A stretch of 64,000 nt of DNA from the NCBI GenBank assembly GCA_965644315.1, contig CBFFRQ010000008.1:42927-106926 (forward strand). Direction: 5' to 3'. This document shows, piece after piece, positions 62,724-64,000 of this stretch (position 1 is its first letter; the number at the start of each line of letters is the position of its first letter). The notes beneath the pieces are model-generated. The model saw only the letters and a list, made by a program, of their open reading frames with translations, searched no databases and was not told the origin of the DNA. The position numbers were made by a program, and so were the translations under genes. This DNA comes from Caecitellus pseudoparvulus (taxonomy: Eukaryota > Protista > Bigyra: Bicosoecida).

Positions 62724-64000
62724 CTACACACGGTGCATGGCCCGCCTTGGTGGAGAGGCAAAGCGGGGCACCCGTTCAGGCTGCGCACGCGCCGTGGTGG
62801 AAGGCATGTCCAGCCGCAGCATGCCGGCCCCGGCAGTGTGGGGTGACGGCAGGGCTTCGCTGCGCTGCCGCCTTCCCTGCATGTTGAGCCACGCCACAAA
62901 GACGACAGACCCTGCTGCGAACTCCCCTGCGCTGTACACGACCAGCACGGTGCCCAGCACAAACTGCGTGCTTTCGCACGTCTGCGGGGACTCCCTCAAG
63001 AAGCACTCAAAGCGCGTGCCATTCAGCAGGGCCGTCCCAACCAAGATAGAGTACATGCCAGCTAAGCCTTCATAGATGTAGAATGCTTGCAGGGGCCGGC
63101 GATCGCTGCGCTCAGCTCCATTGAAGGCTTCCAAGCTCGCCACTGTGACGGAGGCAGTCGGCATGCTGCGGCAGAGGAGGAGCGTGGGCAGGGGCAGCAC
63201 TCACAAATGCCCAGACCAGAGTGAATGGCTTCAACGTAGGAGCGCCCAAACACCAACAGCGCCAAGTATGCCAGCTGTCAGGGCGCATGGAAGGACGTGG
63301 CACGGTGTGGCACCGTTTCACAGGCGTTTCACTCACCGCTGAGAGTGCTGCAACGGACTTTGCCACCCGCTCTGTGATGGCGTCACTGGAGAGCTCCCGA
63401 CCACAGACGTAGCACTGCAGGTGGGCTCCACGTTCGCACCCGGCACAGCGAAAGAAGCTGCACCGGCGCTGCTGAGGCGCACAAGGGCAGCACTGGCTGA
63501 CCCGGCAGCAGGACTGTTGGGTGGCTGGCAGGGCCGGTGCCATGCCTGAGGCTGAGCGTCTGGAGAGGCGCCACGGCCGCCAGGCCTGGAAGGGGTGGGA
63601 ATGGAGGGGCTACGTTCCAGCAAAAGGTATGCCCACTCCTCCTGGTGGGATGCCGGGGTCGGTGATTTGGGGGTCTCGGTGTTTAGTCCGTGCGTGCCCA
63701 GGCGACCGCGACAGCACGTTGCCCGCCGCGAAGAAGCTGATGACTGCCACGCCAGCCTCAGCAAAAGTGAACACTGTCATGATGCCAGCCCTGCAAGGGG
63801 GGCTTGGGAGTGCTACACTGCTCTGTTGTGCTGAGTGGCAGGCGAAAGGGCGGCATGGCTACAATTTGCACACGCACCAAACGCTCTGCACAGAGTGGCA
63901 GGTCGCCGGGCTGCTGGCCATGTAGCACTCAAAGTGCGTCCCTGAAAATATGAAAATGCTCCAGGTTGCGCTGTGGGGGGCGGGGCCGGCACTGTGCGGC
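62724..64000 (-). CDS. 3' part of an intron-containing multi-pass membrane protein of unknown function
   Basis: Hydrophobic segments AFYIYEGLAGMYSILVGTALL and FVLGTVLVVYSAGEFAAGSVVFVAWL. Upstream exons not resolved. Confidence 0.4.

Overview
GC-rich, very gene-dense eukaryotic DNA with short GT-AG introns of about 70-145 nt and intergenic gaps down to 5-50 bp. Flagellar-type and Integrator genes suggest a flagellated protist, possibly a heterotrophic stramenopile (inference). The left end (1-5590) is a physically linked ectoine-biosynthesis cluster: asd (truncated by the window edge), ectB/dat, ectC and ask. Each gene has introns and an N-terminal mitochondrial-type presequence, and each promoter region carries a shared palindrome GAAGT-N4-ACT(T/C)C. 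ectA is not in the window. Next come housekeeping genes (INTS3-, RMDN-, FAIM1-, DGK1/dolichol-kinase- and TLDc-like). About 18.35-52.55 kb is a tandem triplication of a ~12 kb unit. Each unit has a kelch-type membrane protein gene head-to-head with a ~2900-aa putative receptor (signal peptide, 14 RCC1-type blades, IPT/TIG stalk, Cys-rich region, multi-TM). The copies are near-identical except for hypervariable loops in the second propeller, and copy 1 has two in-frame deletions. The right end holds SHIPPO/ODF3-like, CELF-like, coiled-coil, TFIIIC-subunit-6-like and secretory SET-like genes. A recurrent AATGCA(TT) element follows many stop codons. All family calls come from motif recognition by eye; no searches were run.
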